Source: an uncultured Prevotellaceae bacterium
GTDB lineage: Bacteria; Bacteroidota; Bacteroidia; Bacteroidales; Bacteroidaceae
DNA length: 64,000 nt
Assembly (NCBI GenBank): GCA_937893145.1
Contig: CALBJW010000011.1
Coordinates: forward strand, 682 to 64,681
Reading direction: 5' to 3'
Shown: positions 40,183-48,212 of the stretch, in pieces
Position numbering within the stretch: position 1 is the first letter of the stretch
Layout of the letters: each line of letters begins with the position of its first letter
Translations under genes and position numbers: made by a program
Notes under the pieces: generated by a model
Database searches by the model: none
What the model saw: only the letters and a program-made list of their open reading frames with translations
What the model was told of the DNA's origin: nothing

Positions 40183-40238
40183 CAAGATGCGCATCATCTG
40201 GGTTTGTGGCTCAGGTGGTGCGCATCTTGTTTGTTTTT
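40183..40238 (+). terminator. Terminator-like long hairpin followed by a T-rich tract
   Basis: caagatgcgca ...25-nt loop... tgcgcatcttg gtttgttttt. Confidence 0.5.
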
Positions 40239-40285
40239 GCACACTATTGGGGTATGGTGTGCAATGGAAAGTGTTAAAAAATAGG

Positions 40286-40357
40286 TTAGGGTTACATTTA
40301 GGGTTGCAGTTTAGGGTTACATTTTTTGAAAACTTAGGGTTACATTTAGGGTTACAT
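40286..40357 (+). repeat. Five direct TTAGGGTTACAT 12-mers (3 contiguous + 2 contiguous)
   Basis: Copies start at 40286, 40298 (variant ttagggttgcag), 40311, 40334 and 40346. Confidence 0.9.
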
Positions 40358-40613
40358 TTGGCGATTTTTGGGGGTGCGTAGAAAAGGGGTGTAATGGTCG
40401 GAATATTGGCGTTTGTGCTGAATTTGGGAATATAGAGGGGGATGTATAACCCTATATTTTGGGGTTTACACATTATATTATATATGCGTATGCGTGTGTA
40501 TGTGAGGGTTTTAGGAGGATATGGTATGATAATTTGGGGTTAAAATGGGGTGCGTGCGTGGAAAATGGAGGTGTGTGGGAGGGGGTGTGCGTGTCGGGTG
40601 GTTTTGGTGTGTG

Positions 40614-40641
40614 CCCTCGGGAGAACCCTCGTGAACGGTGG
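40614..40641 (+). repeat. Prophage intergenic hairpin repeat, copy 1
   Basis: ccctcgggagaaccctcgtgaacggtgg. Confidence 0.7.
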
Positions 40642-40675
40642 TGGTGCTACCTGATGGGGATGATGAGGGGGTGTG

Positions 40676-41098
40676 TCAGCCAACCGCAGCAGGAGCGAGT
40701 TCTTCCGCATGGACAGACTCTACCCCTTTTGTTTCTTCGAGTTGTCGTATGCGTTCCTGTGCAGCTCCGAGTTGCATGGAGAGAGATTCATTTCGCTTCT
40801 GTAAATCATTGATCATTGCGAGAAGTTCTGTGAATGAAGCGGAATTGTTGGATTGTAAGGTGGAGTTTGCAGATGTGGTGAGCATTTCGCCTTCTCCAGT
40901 TAGGAGCCAATGAGCACTTAAATTAGGGTATGCATATAGAATCCTTTCAATATTTGATGAGTTGATGCTTTTAGTGATTCCCTTACGCATTTTACCCACT
41001 AAACCAACTGATAAGCCAGCATTGACTGTCATTTGGTTATCGTTTATGCCTGATTTATCCATAAAATATAGCAAGCGTTCTATAAAATTATCGTTCAT
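40676..41098 (-). CDS. Phage repressor (CI-type HTH, Bacteroidales variant) with C-terminal coiled coil
   Basis: MNDNFIERLLYFMDKSGINDNQMTVNAGLSVGLVGKMRKG...YPNLSAHWLLTGEGEM is the typical Bacteroidetes phage-repressor HTH. It is divergent from the early operon. Confidence 0.75.
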   Translation of the reverse strand: MNDNFIERLLYFMDKSGINDNQMTVNAGLSVGLVGKMRKGITKSINSSNIERILYAYPNLSAHWLLTGEGEMLTTSANSTLQSNNSASFTELLAMINDLQKRNESLSMQLGAAQERIRQLEETKGVESVHAEELAPAAVG

Positions 41099-41174
41099 AT
41101 TGAAAAAAAACTATATATTTTATTTGTTATATTGAAAATATTCTATATCTTTGCAACCGAATTAACAATGTTAA
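41097..41174. promoter_or_regulatory. Repressor/early-promoter control region
   Basis: Direct repeats atattgaaaa at 41097 and 41129, a TATCTTTG -7 box at 41146-41153, and the palindrome ttaaca-a-tgttaa at 41162-41174. Confidence 0.5.
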
Positions 41175-41229
41175 CACGCGCCAAATATACAAAAAAGGCG
41201 TGATTTGACATAAAAATAACGGTTAAAAA

Positions 41230-41403
41230 ATGGAAAAAGGTAAAATCAAGCGAATGTTGGACAAGGTTATGTTTGTTCACATGGATGGAGACGAAGAAGT
41301 GGTCTTCACTGTTAGGGATTTTATAGGCAGTATGGTGCTTTGTGTGCTATTGTTGCTTGTAGTAGGATGTGCTGGAACACTGGAGCATCAGTATGGATGG
41401 TAA
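41230..41403 (+). CDS. Small (57 aa) membrane protein, first early gene
   Basis: Below the ORF-track cutoff. Sequence MEKGKIKRMLDKVMFVHMDGDEEVVFTVRDFIGSMVLCVLLLLVVGCAGTLEHQYGW. It lies about 80 nt downstream of the TATCTTTG -7 box at 41146. Confidence 0.45.
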   Translation: MEKGKIKRMLDKVMFVHMDGDEEVVFTVRDFIGSMVLCVLLLLVVGCAGTLEHQYGW

Positions 41404-41407
41404 TATG

Positions 41408-41435
41408 CCCTACGGAAAAGCGAAGGGAACGGTGG
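41408..41435 (+). repeat. Prophage intergenic hairpin repeat, copy 2
   Basis: ccctacggaaaagcgaagggaacggtgg; starts 4 nt after stop 41403. Confidence 0.8.
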
Positions 41436-41487
41436 TCGCCGAAATCGGCATAGGAAACAGAAAACTATAACTAAAAATGATAAGGAA

Positions 41488-41871
41488 ATGAAAAAGTACA
41501 TTGCGATTGACAAAGAAATGCGTGAGAAGCTGATGAAGATCTTCGGATGCAGCAGAGTATGGGTGTGGAAGGCACTCAATTATGAGAACGACACTCCCAA
41601 GTGCATGAAGATACGCATGGCAGCCTTGAAGATGGGTGGTCATGTGGTGGGTGATGACACCGCGCTGGAAACGAGTTACGAGAGCAGCGAGGGTATCATG
41701 ATTCAGAAGTTCGGTCCGAGAGTGAGGCTGATAGTGGATATTGCCCATGAGGATGGCGAGTATGAGGTGGAGATAGATGGCATGGAATGGCAGAGAGGTA
41801 GTGCTAAGATGAGCATACCTGAGTTCATGAAGATGCAGGAGAGTGTGGACTTGATGGCTAAGAGCTTGTAG
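41488..41871 (+). CDS. Hypothetical early protein (Ner position, possible DNA-binding N-terminus)
   Basis: A 127-aa ORF between the repressor region and the transposase. Function is inferred from position only. Confidence 0.5.
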   Translation: MKKYIAIDKEMREKLMKIFGCSRVWVWKALNYENDTPKCMKIRMAALKMGGHVVGDDTALETSYESSEGIMIQKFGPRVRLIVDIAHEDGEYEVEIDGMEWQRGSAKMSIPEFMKMQESVDLMAKSL

Positions 41872-41929
41872 TGACAAATTAGGAACAGTAAAGCGGTGCG
41901 ACAATGGCGCACCGAAGAGAACAGAAACG

Positions 41930-43981
41930 ATGGAGTATTACGGAAGAATATTGTGTATATCGGCAAATGACCTTACAAGGGTGGGCGCAGATGGCAGTGC
42001 TGCCATCATGAGCGTGTCAAACTATAAGGCAATGTGCCATCGCGGTCAGTTGAACGTGATACGCCAGGGCAAGGGGCTTGGCAACTATGCGCTTGTGGAG
42101 GTTGCCACTCTTCCAAAGAGATTCAAGGATATGGTAACTGAGAGATTCGGTACTGGAGAAGACCACATTCTGAGAGACTGGTTTGAACAGCACTGGTGTG
42201 TGGATGCTAAGGCAAGAGAGTTCTATACAAGATACAGGTTTGTGGATGGCAGCTCTCTCCCTCCAGAGCATGTGATACAATACACTCATGATGCGAGCAC
42301 TCTGAAGGCAGTGATCAGTCTGATGGCAGACACGAAAGCAATGCGCAGAGCCATGCAGGGCGAATCGGTGAACTGGAGCGAAATGGTAGGAGCCTTGAAG
42401 TTCTACCAAGAGCAGTTTGGGCATTCTCTGCCATTGAGTCCGAACCGATTCAAGACAAAGGTGAGGGAGTTCAAGGAAGGCGGTTATGAGGTGCTTATCT
42501 CGAAGAAGTTCAAGAATGACAATTCAAGGAAGGTGAGCTACAAGATAGAACGCTTGATTCTAAGCCTTGACAGTCTGCCAGAGAGACCATTTAACAGTAC
42601 GGTGGCAGAGTTGTATAATGAGTTTGTGATGGGAGCAATACACGTTGTGGATCCAGAGACTGGAGAGGTGTTCAATCCTATCGAGTTCACAGACAAGAAG
42701 GGCAATCCCCTTGTGCTGAGTGAGGCAACCATTGCGAACTATCTGAACAAGCCAAAGAACAAGGCTCTGAGGGCAAAGCTGCATGATGGTCAGTGGGAGT
42801 TCAATAATGAGTACCGACCACACCATCTGAGACAGAGTCCTCAATGGGCATTCTCGAAGCTCAGTGCTGATGACCGTGACCTTCCAAGAAAGATGCACAA
42901 CGGTCAGAGGGTGAAGGCATACTATGTGTATGACGTGGCAAGCGGTTGCGTTGTAGGATATGCTTACAACAGACTGAAGACTGCCGATTTGTTCCTGGAC
43001 TGCATGAGGAACATGTTTCAGACTATAGACAGGAACGGATGGTACATGCCAGCGCAGATAGAGGTGGAGCACCACTTGGTGAACAACTTCGCTGACGGTT
43101 TGATGAAGGCAGGTGTGGTGTTCCCTCTTGTAAGATGGTGTAATCCTGGCAACTCTCAGGAGAAGCGTGCAGAGCACTTGAACAGAGCCAAGAAGTACGG
43201 AACGGAGAAGGAGCTGCAGGTGGGTATCGGAAGATGGTACAGCAGACTGGAGGCTAACCGTCCTAAGTCAGAGAAGGTGTATGATGAGTTCAATGACACC
43301 TACAAGGAGAAGACCTACGACTATGAGGAACTTGTGGCAGACGATGTGAGAGCCATCTATGAGTTCAACCATCAGAAGCATCCTAACCAGAAGCGTTATC
43401 CTGGCATGACTCGCTGGGATGTGCTGGAGAAGATGCAGAATCCAGACCTTGCACCTGTAGATAAGGCGGTACTCTACCGATACATCGGTGAGCATACGGA
43501 AACAAGCATCAGAAGGAACATGTACTGCACGGTGATGTATAACGAGTATGTGTTGCCATCGCCAAGGGAGATTGAGAAGCTGGAGCCAAGAAACATGAAG
43601 GTGGATGCTTACTATCTACCAAATGAGGATGGAAAGATTGGCGAGGTCTATCTGTATCAGAATGGTGCTTACATAGCGAAGTGCGAACAAGCTGTAAGGT
43701 ACAATGAGGCTACTGCAGAGCAGACTGAGGCAGATTTGGAAGCTTACACTGAGCAGAGCAAATATGTGAGCCAGTTCGATAAGATGATGAAGGATGAGAA
43801 GGTGAAGAAGGTGGTGGTGATGAAGAAGGAAGAGGTGGATGAGATTATCTCGGAAGCAGAGTGTCAAAGCCACAGCACAAATCCATCTGCAGGACTGATG
43901 GGAACGATGGCAGATGAGGATGATCTGAGCGAATGGATGGACGCTGGTGCTTGGAAAGGAAGAGGAAGGGAGTCGATATAG
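41930..43981 (+). CDS. Mu-type DDE transposase (MuA-like, rve core)
   Basis: 683 aa. Central region ...SADDRDLPRKMHNGQRVKAYYVYDVASGCVVGYAY...IEVEHHLVNNF fits a DDE/RNase-H-like core. It is followed directly by a MuB-like ATPase. Confidence 0.75.
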   Translation: MEYYGRILCISANDLTRVGADGSAAIMSVSNYKAMCHRGQLNVIRQGKGLGNYALVEVATLPKRFKDMVTERFGTGEDHILRDWFEQHWCVDAKAREFYTRYRFVDGSSLPPEHVIQYTHDASTLKAVISLMADTKAMRRAMQGESVNWSEMVGALKFYQEQFGHSLPLSPNRFKTKVREFKEGGYEVLISKKFKNDNSRKVSYKIERLILSLDSLPERPFNSTVAELYNEFVMGAIHVVDPETGEVFNPIEFTDKKGNPLVLSEATIANYLNKPKNKALRAKLHDGQWEFNNEYRPHHLRQSPQWAFSKLSADDRDLPRKMHNGQRVKAYYVYDVASGCVVGYAYNRLKTADLFLDCMRNMFQTIDRNGWYMPAQIEVEHHLVNNFADGLMKAGVVFPLVRWCNPGNSQEKRAEHLNRAKKYGTEKELQVGIGRWYSRLEANRPKSEKVYDEFNDTYKEKTYDYEELVADDVRAIYEFNHQKHPNQKRYPGMTRWDVLEKMQNPDLAPVDKAVLYRYIGEHTETSIRRNMYCTVMYNEYVLPSPREIEKLEPRNMKVDAYYLPNEDGKIGEVYLYQNGAYIAKCEQAVRYNEATAEQTEADLEAYTEQSKYVSQFDKMMKDEKVKKVVVMKKEEVDEIISEAECQSHSTNPSAGLMGTMADEDDLSEWMDAGAWKGRGRESI

Positions 43982-43983
43982 AA

Positions 43984-44011
43984 CCCTGCGGAAAAGCGCA
44001 GTGGACGGTGG
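43984..44011 (+). repeat. Prophage intergenic hairpin repeat, copy 3
   Basis: ccctgcggaaaagcgcagtggacggtgg; starts 2 nt after the transposase stop. Confidence 0.8.
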
Positions 44012-44066
44012 CTGCCGAACACGGCATTAAAATAGGATTAGAAAACAATTAAAATTTAATAAGACA

Positions 44067-44939
44067 ATGGAGATTACAAAGGAAATCAAGGAGCGTATAA
44101 TCGGTGCAATCATGATGGATCGTGAGAATTATACGAGTGACAACAAACATGCGGTGAGCTTGGGTATCAGCGCGAGTGTTTACAATGCCATCAAGAAGGG
44201 CAACTATGAGAAGCAGGTGAGCGATGCTAACTGGATATGCATTGCAAGAAGGCTTGGCGTGGTACTGAAGAAGGAAATGGAATGGAAGGCAGCAGAGACT
44301 CCTACTTTCGTGTTCGTGAGCGAACAGCTGGAAGTGTGCCAGCAGAGCGGACTGAGTGCCATGCTCTGTGATATGCCAAACATCGGCAAGACATTCACGG
44401 CAAGAGCATACGTGAGAACACACAAGAACTCGGTGTATATCGACTGCAGTCAGGTGAAGACAAAAGTGAGACTGATACATAAGATTGCCAAGGAGTTTGG
44501 TGTGGGTGTGAATGGTCGATACACAGATGTGTATGAGGACTTGGTGGCATATCTCAGAACCATTGACAGCCCTCTGGTCATTCTTGATGAAGCAGGAGAT
44601 CTCCAGTATGAGGCATTCTTGGAACTGAAGGCTCTTTGGAATGCTACAGAACGAGCTTGTGCATGGTACATGATGGGTGCTGACGGATTGAAGGCAAAGA
44701 TACAGCAAGCCATCGAGAGAAAGAAGGTGGGATATACGGAAATGCTCAGTCGATTCGGTGACACTTACAGTAGGGTGACTCCTGATGACGCTAAGGAAAG
44801 GATGAAGTTCCTGAAGGCACAAGCTGCTATCGTGGCGAAGGTGAATGCTCCTGAAGGTACGGATGTGATGCAGATTGTGCATCTGAGCGGTGGAGGTTTG
44901 AGAAGGGTTTACACTGAGATTGAGAAACTGAGGAGATAG
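44067..44939 (+). CDS. MuB-like AAA+ transposition ATPase
   Basis: N-terminal HTH-like region, Walker A DMPNIGKTFTA, Walker B LVILDEAGDL. It sits immediately after the transposase. Confidence 0.75.
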   Translation: MEITKEIKERIIGAIMMDRENYTSDNKHAVSLGISASVYNAIKKGNYEKQVSDANWICIARRLGVVLKKEMEWKAAETPTFVFVSEQLEVCQQSGLSAMLCDMPNIGKTFTARAYVRTHKNSVYIDCSQVKTKVRLIHKIAKEFGVGVNGRYTDVYEDLVAYLRTIDSPLVILDEAGDLQYEAFLELKALWNATERACAWYMMGADGLKAKIQQAIERKKVGYTEMLSRFGDTYSRVTPDDAKERMKFLKAQAAIVAKVNAPEGTDVMQIVHLSGGGLRRVYTEIEKLRR

Positions 44940-44948
44940 ATGATAAGA

Positions 44949-44977
44949 CCCTGCAGCAAAACTGCAGGGCACAGTGG
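44949..44977 (+). repeat. Prophage intergenic hairpin repeat, copy 4
   Basis: ccctgcagcaaaactgcagggcacagtgg; starts 9 nt after the MuB-like stop. Confidence 0.8.
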
Positions 44978-44982
44978 CGAGA

Positions 44983-45213
44983 ATGGAACATAAAGATTAT
45001 AAACCTGGGACGCGGTTCCTGTTCTTGGTGGACTACTTTGAGGCAAGCGGAATCCTTGATGACTGGATGGAGGGTGACTGGAAGTGCGATTTGAGAATGA
45101 GGCGTGCTAAGACACCTAAGCGTGTGGTGGTGGAAGTGGAGGATGTGATGATGGCATACAGGATTCATCAGTGGCATCCGAATGCAAAGGTAGCGATACA
45201 AGAACCGAAGTAA
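44983..45213 (+). CDS. Hypothetical early protein (76 aa)
   Basis: The ORF-track entry starts at a GTG (44974) inside the intergenic repeat. I prefer the ATG at 44983 (MEHKDYKPGTRFLF...). Confidence 0.5.
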   Translation: MEHKDYKPGTRFLFLVDYFEASGILDDWMEGDWKCDLRMRRAKTPKRVVVEVEDVMMAYRIHQWHPNAKVAIQEPK

Positions 45214-45215
45214 TG

Positions 45216-45243
45216 CCCTCGGGAAAACCCTCGGGAACGGTGG
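45216..45243 (+). repeat. Prophage intergenic hairpin repeat, copy 5
   Basis: ccctcgggaaaaccctcgggaacggtgg; starts 2 nt after stop 45213. Confidence 0.8.
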
Positions 45244-45262
45244 TAAACTAAAAAAAGAAACT

Positions 45263-45901
45263 ATGGTAAAGAAGAAAAGAGCATACAGTCCGACGGATGT
45301 GCTGAAGATGAAGCGTCCTTGCTACGAGTTTGATGGTGCTTGGGAGCATAGCATGGGAAAGCCTGCAAAGACTGGTACCTGGATTATATGGGGTCCAAGC
45401 GGTAATGGCAAGAGTTCATTTGTGATGCAGTTGGCTAAATATCTGTGTGGATTCGAGAAGGTCATATATGACAGTCTGGAGGAGAGCACAGGACTGAGTT
45501 TCCAGAAGAGTCTGAAAAGGCACAATATGGGCGATGTGAGCAAGAAACTCATGATTCTTGACCGTGAGAGTGTGGAGAGTCTTAGCGAGCGTCTGAGGAA
45601 GCCTAAAAGCCCAAAGGTGGTGATTATTGACTCGTTTCAGTATTCGGGATTGAACTACAACACTTATATCAGGATGAAGGAGGAGTTCAGTAACAAGCTT
45701 ATCATCTTCATCAGTCATGCTGAAGGACTGAGACCTGCAGGAAGAGCTGCAAAGAAGGTAGAGTATGATGCTGACATAAAGATAAGGGTGGAAGGCTTCA
45801 GAGCGATGTGCAAGAGCCGATTCATGGATAAACCAGGAGTGCCATTTACGGTATGGGAAGAAGGTGCAGCTCGGTACTGGATGGGAAAGGAACAAACTTA
45901 A
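45263..45901 (+). CDS. RecA-fold P-loop ATPase (Sak4/AAA_24-like, inferred)
   Basis: Walker A IIWGPSGNGKSSF and Walker B KVVIIDSFQY; 212 aa. Confidence 0.55.
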   Translation: MVKKKRAYSPTDVLKMKRPCYEFDGAWEHSMGKPAKTGTWIIWGPSGNGKSSFVMQLAKYLCGFEKVIYDSLEESTGLSFQKSLKRHNMGDVSKKLMILDRESVESLSERLRKPKSPKVVIIDSFQYSGLNYNTYIRMKEEFSNKLIIFISHAEGLRPAGRAAKKVEYDADIKIRVEGFRAMCKSRFMDKPGVPFTVWEEGAARYWMGKEQT

Positions 45902-45917
45902 CTAATAATACAGAAAC

Positions 45918-46181
45918 ATGAGTCGAATTAGAAAACAGATGGAAATCACCCCTCCTCAGTATGTACATGGAACTAAACTGAAAGAGGTTCTGTACAGTAA
46001 TAAACACACTTGTCCTTATTGCCACGGAAACGGTTGATTTTGGACTGATAGTGATTCAAGGGGTGAACGTGAAAAGAAAGATTGTACCGTATGTAAAGGA
46101 TGTGGAACTCTTGATGCAGAGGTAACAATCGAGTGGAAACCATCAAAAGAACCAGATGAAATATGCTGGGCACAAGGATAA
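45918..46181 (+). CDS. DnaJ-type double CxxCxGxG zinc-ribbon ORF interrupted by one in-frame TGA (46035-46037): readthrough/recoding candidate or fresh pseudogene
   Basis: Hand translation gives MSRIRKQMEITPPQYVHGTKLKEVLYSNKHTCPYCHGNG-TGA-FWTDSDSRGEREKKDCTVCKGCGTLDAEVTIEWKPSKEPDEICWAQG*. The final TAA is 1 nt before the ATG of the next gene. Confidence 0.45.
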
Positions 46182-46182
46182 T

Positions 46183-46593
46183 ATGGCACAGGAAGTATTT
46201 AATTTTGGATGGTTCTATGGACTGTTCGAGAAATTGCCAGGACTGAAAGATGCTGAAGCTGTCAAGAAGGAAATGGTCAAGAACTTCACTTGGGGCAGGA
46301 CTGACAGTCTGAAGGAAATGAAGAAGGAGGAATATGACAACCTCTGCAAATCTCTGGAGAAACTGGTGGGTCCTACGGACAGGGAGCGGATGGTCAAGGC
46401 TATCAAGCAGAAAAGGAGCATGGTGCTCCATCAGATGCAGTTGTATGGCGTTGATACCGCAAACTGGGATCGAGTGAATGAGTTCTGCAGGAATCCTCGT
46501 ATTACAGGGAAGGAGTTCAGAGAACTGAGTGGTGATGAACTTGATGCTCTTCAGAAGAAGTTGAGGGCAATGAGAAGAAAGAAGGAAGATTAG
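46183..46593 (+). CDS. GemA/gp16-like (DUF1018-type) Mu early protein
   Basis: MAQEVFNFGWFYGLF...TWGRTDSLKEMKKEEYDNLCKSLEKL...GVDTANWDRVNEFC. I place the start at the ATG at 46183 (the track starts at 46156). Confidence 0.55.
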   Translation: MAQEVFNFGWFYGLFEKLPGLKDAEAVKKEMVKNFTWGRTDSLKEMKKEEYDNLCKSLEKLVGPTDRERMVKAIKQKRSMVLHQMQLYGVDTANWDRVNEFCRNPRITGKEFRELSGDELDALQKKLRAMRRKKED

Positions 46594-46604
46594 AAGCCGT
46601 TAAG

Positions 46605-46632
46605 CCCAGCGGAAAAGCGCAGGGAACGGTGG
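46605..46632 (+). repeat. Prophage intergenic hairpin repeat, copy 6
   Basis: cccagcggaaaagcgcagggaacggtgg; starts 11 nt after stop 46593. Confidence 0.8.
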
Positions 46633-46682
46633 TAACAAAACGGCGAGTCGATGACTCTCCGAACATAAACAAAATAAACAAT

Positions 46683-47336
46683 ATGGATAGAAAAGAATTT
46701 TTGAAAGGTCTTACTGCTGAAGAGCGTAAGGAACTGCTTGCTGAAATGGCAGAGCAGGAGAAGAGTGAGAAACTTGCAAGACGCGATGCATACGAGGCAC
46801 TTCGCAGTCAGTTCGTGCATGATGTGGCTATGAAGCTGGAGCCTGTAGTTATGGATGTGAAGGCATTCCGTGACTGGATCGAGGGCGAGAGCAGCACCTT
46901 CAGAACTGTGATGAACGAATATGGTCAACTTCGCAAGGGTGAAGAGCAGGCAAACTTCACTGTTGTTGATGGTGACTGGAAGATTGAGGTTCGCCAGAAC
47001 AAGGTGAAGAGCTTTGATGAGCGTGCTGATATGGCTGCAGAGCGATTGATCGCTTATCTGAAGGACTATGTTGCCAAGAGTGAAAAGGGTGTTGATGACC
47101 CTATGTATCAGTTGGCGATGACTCTTCTTGAACGCAACAAGCAAGGTGATCTCGACTATAAGAGCATCAGCAAGCTGTACGAAATGGAAGACAAGTTTGA
47201 TGATGAGTATCGCGAAATCATGGGATTGTTCCGCGAGAGCAATGTGGTAAACAAGACTGTGATGAACTATTACTTCCACAAGCGTGATGATAACGGTGTG
47301 TGGAGAAGAGTTGAACCAAGTTTCTGCAGGTTGTAA
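46683..47336 (+). CDS. DUF3164-like Mu-family early protein
   Basis: MDRKEFLKGLTAEERKELLAEMAEQEK... The track start (46629) is a GTG inside the intergenic repeat, so I prefer the ATG at 46683. Confidence 0.55.
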   Translation: MDRKEFLKGLTAEERKELLAEMAEQEKSEKLARRDAYEALRSQFVHDVAMKLEPVVMDVKAFRDWIEGESSTFRTVMNEYGQLRKGEEQANFTVVDGDWKIEVRQNKVKSFDERADMAAERLIAYLKDYVAKSEKGVDDPMYQLAMTLLERNKQGDLDYKSISKLYEMEDKFDDEYREIMGLFRESNVVNKTVMNYYFHKRDDNGVWRRVEPSFCRL

Positions 47337-47341
47337 TTTAG

Positions 47342-47370
47342 CCCCTGCTGAAAAGCGCAGGGAACGGTGG
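47342..47370 (+). repeat. Prophage intergenic hairpin repeat, copy 7
   Basis: cccctgctgaaaagcgcagggaacggtgg; starts 5 nt after stop 47336. Confidence 0.8.
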
Positions 47371-47390
47371 TAGAAATATCAAAATAACGT

Positions 47391-47430
47391 AAAAAGTGTG
47401 CTACAGATTAGTTTCTGTGGCACACTTTTT
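47391..47430 (+). terminator. Rho-independent terminator ending the early operon
   Basis: aaaaagtgtgctacag-attagttt-ctgtggcacacttttt. Confidence 0.7.
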
Positions 47431-47451
47431 GGTTAGGTGTGTAAAAGTTAG

Positions 47452-47459
47452 TATCTTTG
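47452..47459 (+). promoter_or_regulatory. -7 box TATCTTTG for the 90-aa Mor-position gene
   Basis: A canonical TAnnTTTG 57 nt upstream of ATG 47516, directly after the terminator. Confidence 0.5.
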
Positions 47460-47515
47460 CGACTGAAAGAGGTGCGCCAAGGATGGTTCATCTGAAAACG
47501 AGGAGGATATAAGGT

Positions 47516-47788
47516 ATGCCACACGGACGAAACAAAGAGCTGATAGCAAAGCGTGATGAAGCACTGTGCCGCCGTTACCACTATTGGACGGAGGTGCAGA
47601 GATTGCGTTTTGATGATGCTCTGAAGCAGCTATCGCAGAATGAGTTCTTCATCAGCGAGGAGAGAATTATGGCTATCGTTCGCAATATGGTGGGCAAGAT
47701 TGAGGGGTTAGATCTTAGTGCTGTGCCAAAAGTGAAGAAACCAAGGCTTTCAGCACGGCAATTAGAACTCTTCGCTGAGACGAACTGA
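47516..47788 (+). CDS. Hypothetical 90-aa protein in the Mor (middle regulator) position
   Basis: It has its own TATCTTTG -7 box (47452-47459) after a strong terminator. Sequence MPHGRNKELIAKRDEALCRRYHYWTEVQRLRFDDALKQL... A regulatory role is positional inference only. Confidence 0.5.
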   Translation: MPHGRNKELIAKRDEALCRRYHYWTEVQRLRFDDALKQLSQNEFFISEERIMAIVRNMVGKIEGLDLSAVPKVKKPRLSARQLELFAETN

Positions 47789-48211
47789 AAAGAATGTCTC
47801 ATATACCTTTATGCCTCCAGGGAGTGGGTAGTATTGGGATTTTTTGCGAATGAGTTGGGGGGAGCTGATGGCAGAACCATCAGGAACGGTGGCACGCCAA
47901 CCATGGAGGAGAGTGATAAGCTTTTGGGAAAGGGCTTGTCGCTCTTGAATTTTATCGGTGGTGGTGGAACCATAGTGTGTGTCGTCGTAGCAGTCGATGG
48001 CGAGACGGACAGAGAATGTTGTTTCGGAGCGTTGCGAGAGGCTGTGAGTGGTTGTCCATTCGGAAACAGTATTGCCTACGAGGACACAAGGGAATGTGAC
48101 TGGGTAGGTGTCTTCTTGTGTTTCGAGTTGACCGTAATCTTCATCTACAAGAGAGAGTTCTGGAAGATTTTGTGCGATGTGATTGATGAGGGGGAGAAGT
48201 ATATGTTCCAT
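47762..48211 (-). CDS. Hypothetical virion/head-tail protein (last gene of the leftward morphogenesis block)
   Basis: A 149-aa ORF coupled to the upstream G-like gene (stop and start are 1 nt apart). It converges on and overlaps 47516-47788 by 27 nt. Confidence 0.5.
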   Translation of the reverse strand: MEHILLPLINHIAQNLPELSLVDEDYGQLETQEDTYPVTFPCVLVGNTVSEWTTTHSLSQRSETTFSVRLAIDCYDDTHYGSTTTDKIQERQALSQKLITLLHGWRATVPDGSAISSPQLIRKKSQYYPLPGGIKVYETFFSVRLSEEF

Positions 48212-48212
48212 A

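Noticed and set aside
40286-40357. Possible CRISPR array or telomere-like repeat (TTAGGG within the 12-mers); also the heptamer arrays at 18873 and 24971
   Set aside because: The repeats are contiguous, with no spacers, and only 7-12 bp long, and no cas genes are present. The TTAGGG match is coincidental within a longer 12-mer iteron in a circular-type bacterial prophage context.
39428-40473. Minus-strand Pro-rich ORFs 39428-39721, 39745-39972 and 40105-40473
   Set aside because: They are artefacts of the extreme C-depletion of the plus strand: the G-rich complement gives Pro/Cys-rich stop-free frames. The sequence is low-complexity and shows no start context.
44974-46631. GTG start codons used by the ORF track at 44974 and 46629
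   Set aside because: Both GTGs are the GTG of the conserved repeat tail AACGGTGG. Downstream ATGs (44983, 46683) give more plausible starts, so the N-terminal extensions are probably artefacts.
44049-47279. Long antisense ORFs in the phage early region (44049-44972, 45416-45895, 45973-46431, 46590-47279)
   Set aside because: Each is fully antisense to a plus-strand gene with recognisable motifs (MuB-like ATPase, P-loop ATPase, GemA-like, DUF3164-like). Their sequences are His/Leu/Cys-rich and not protein-like.
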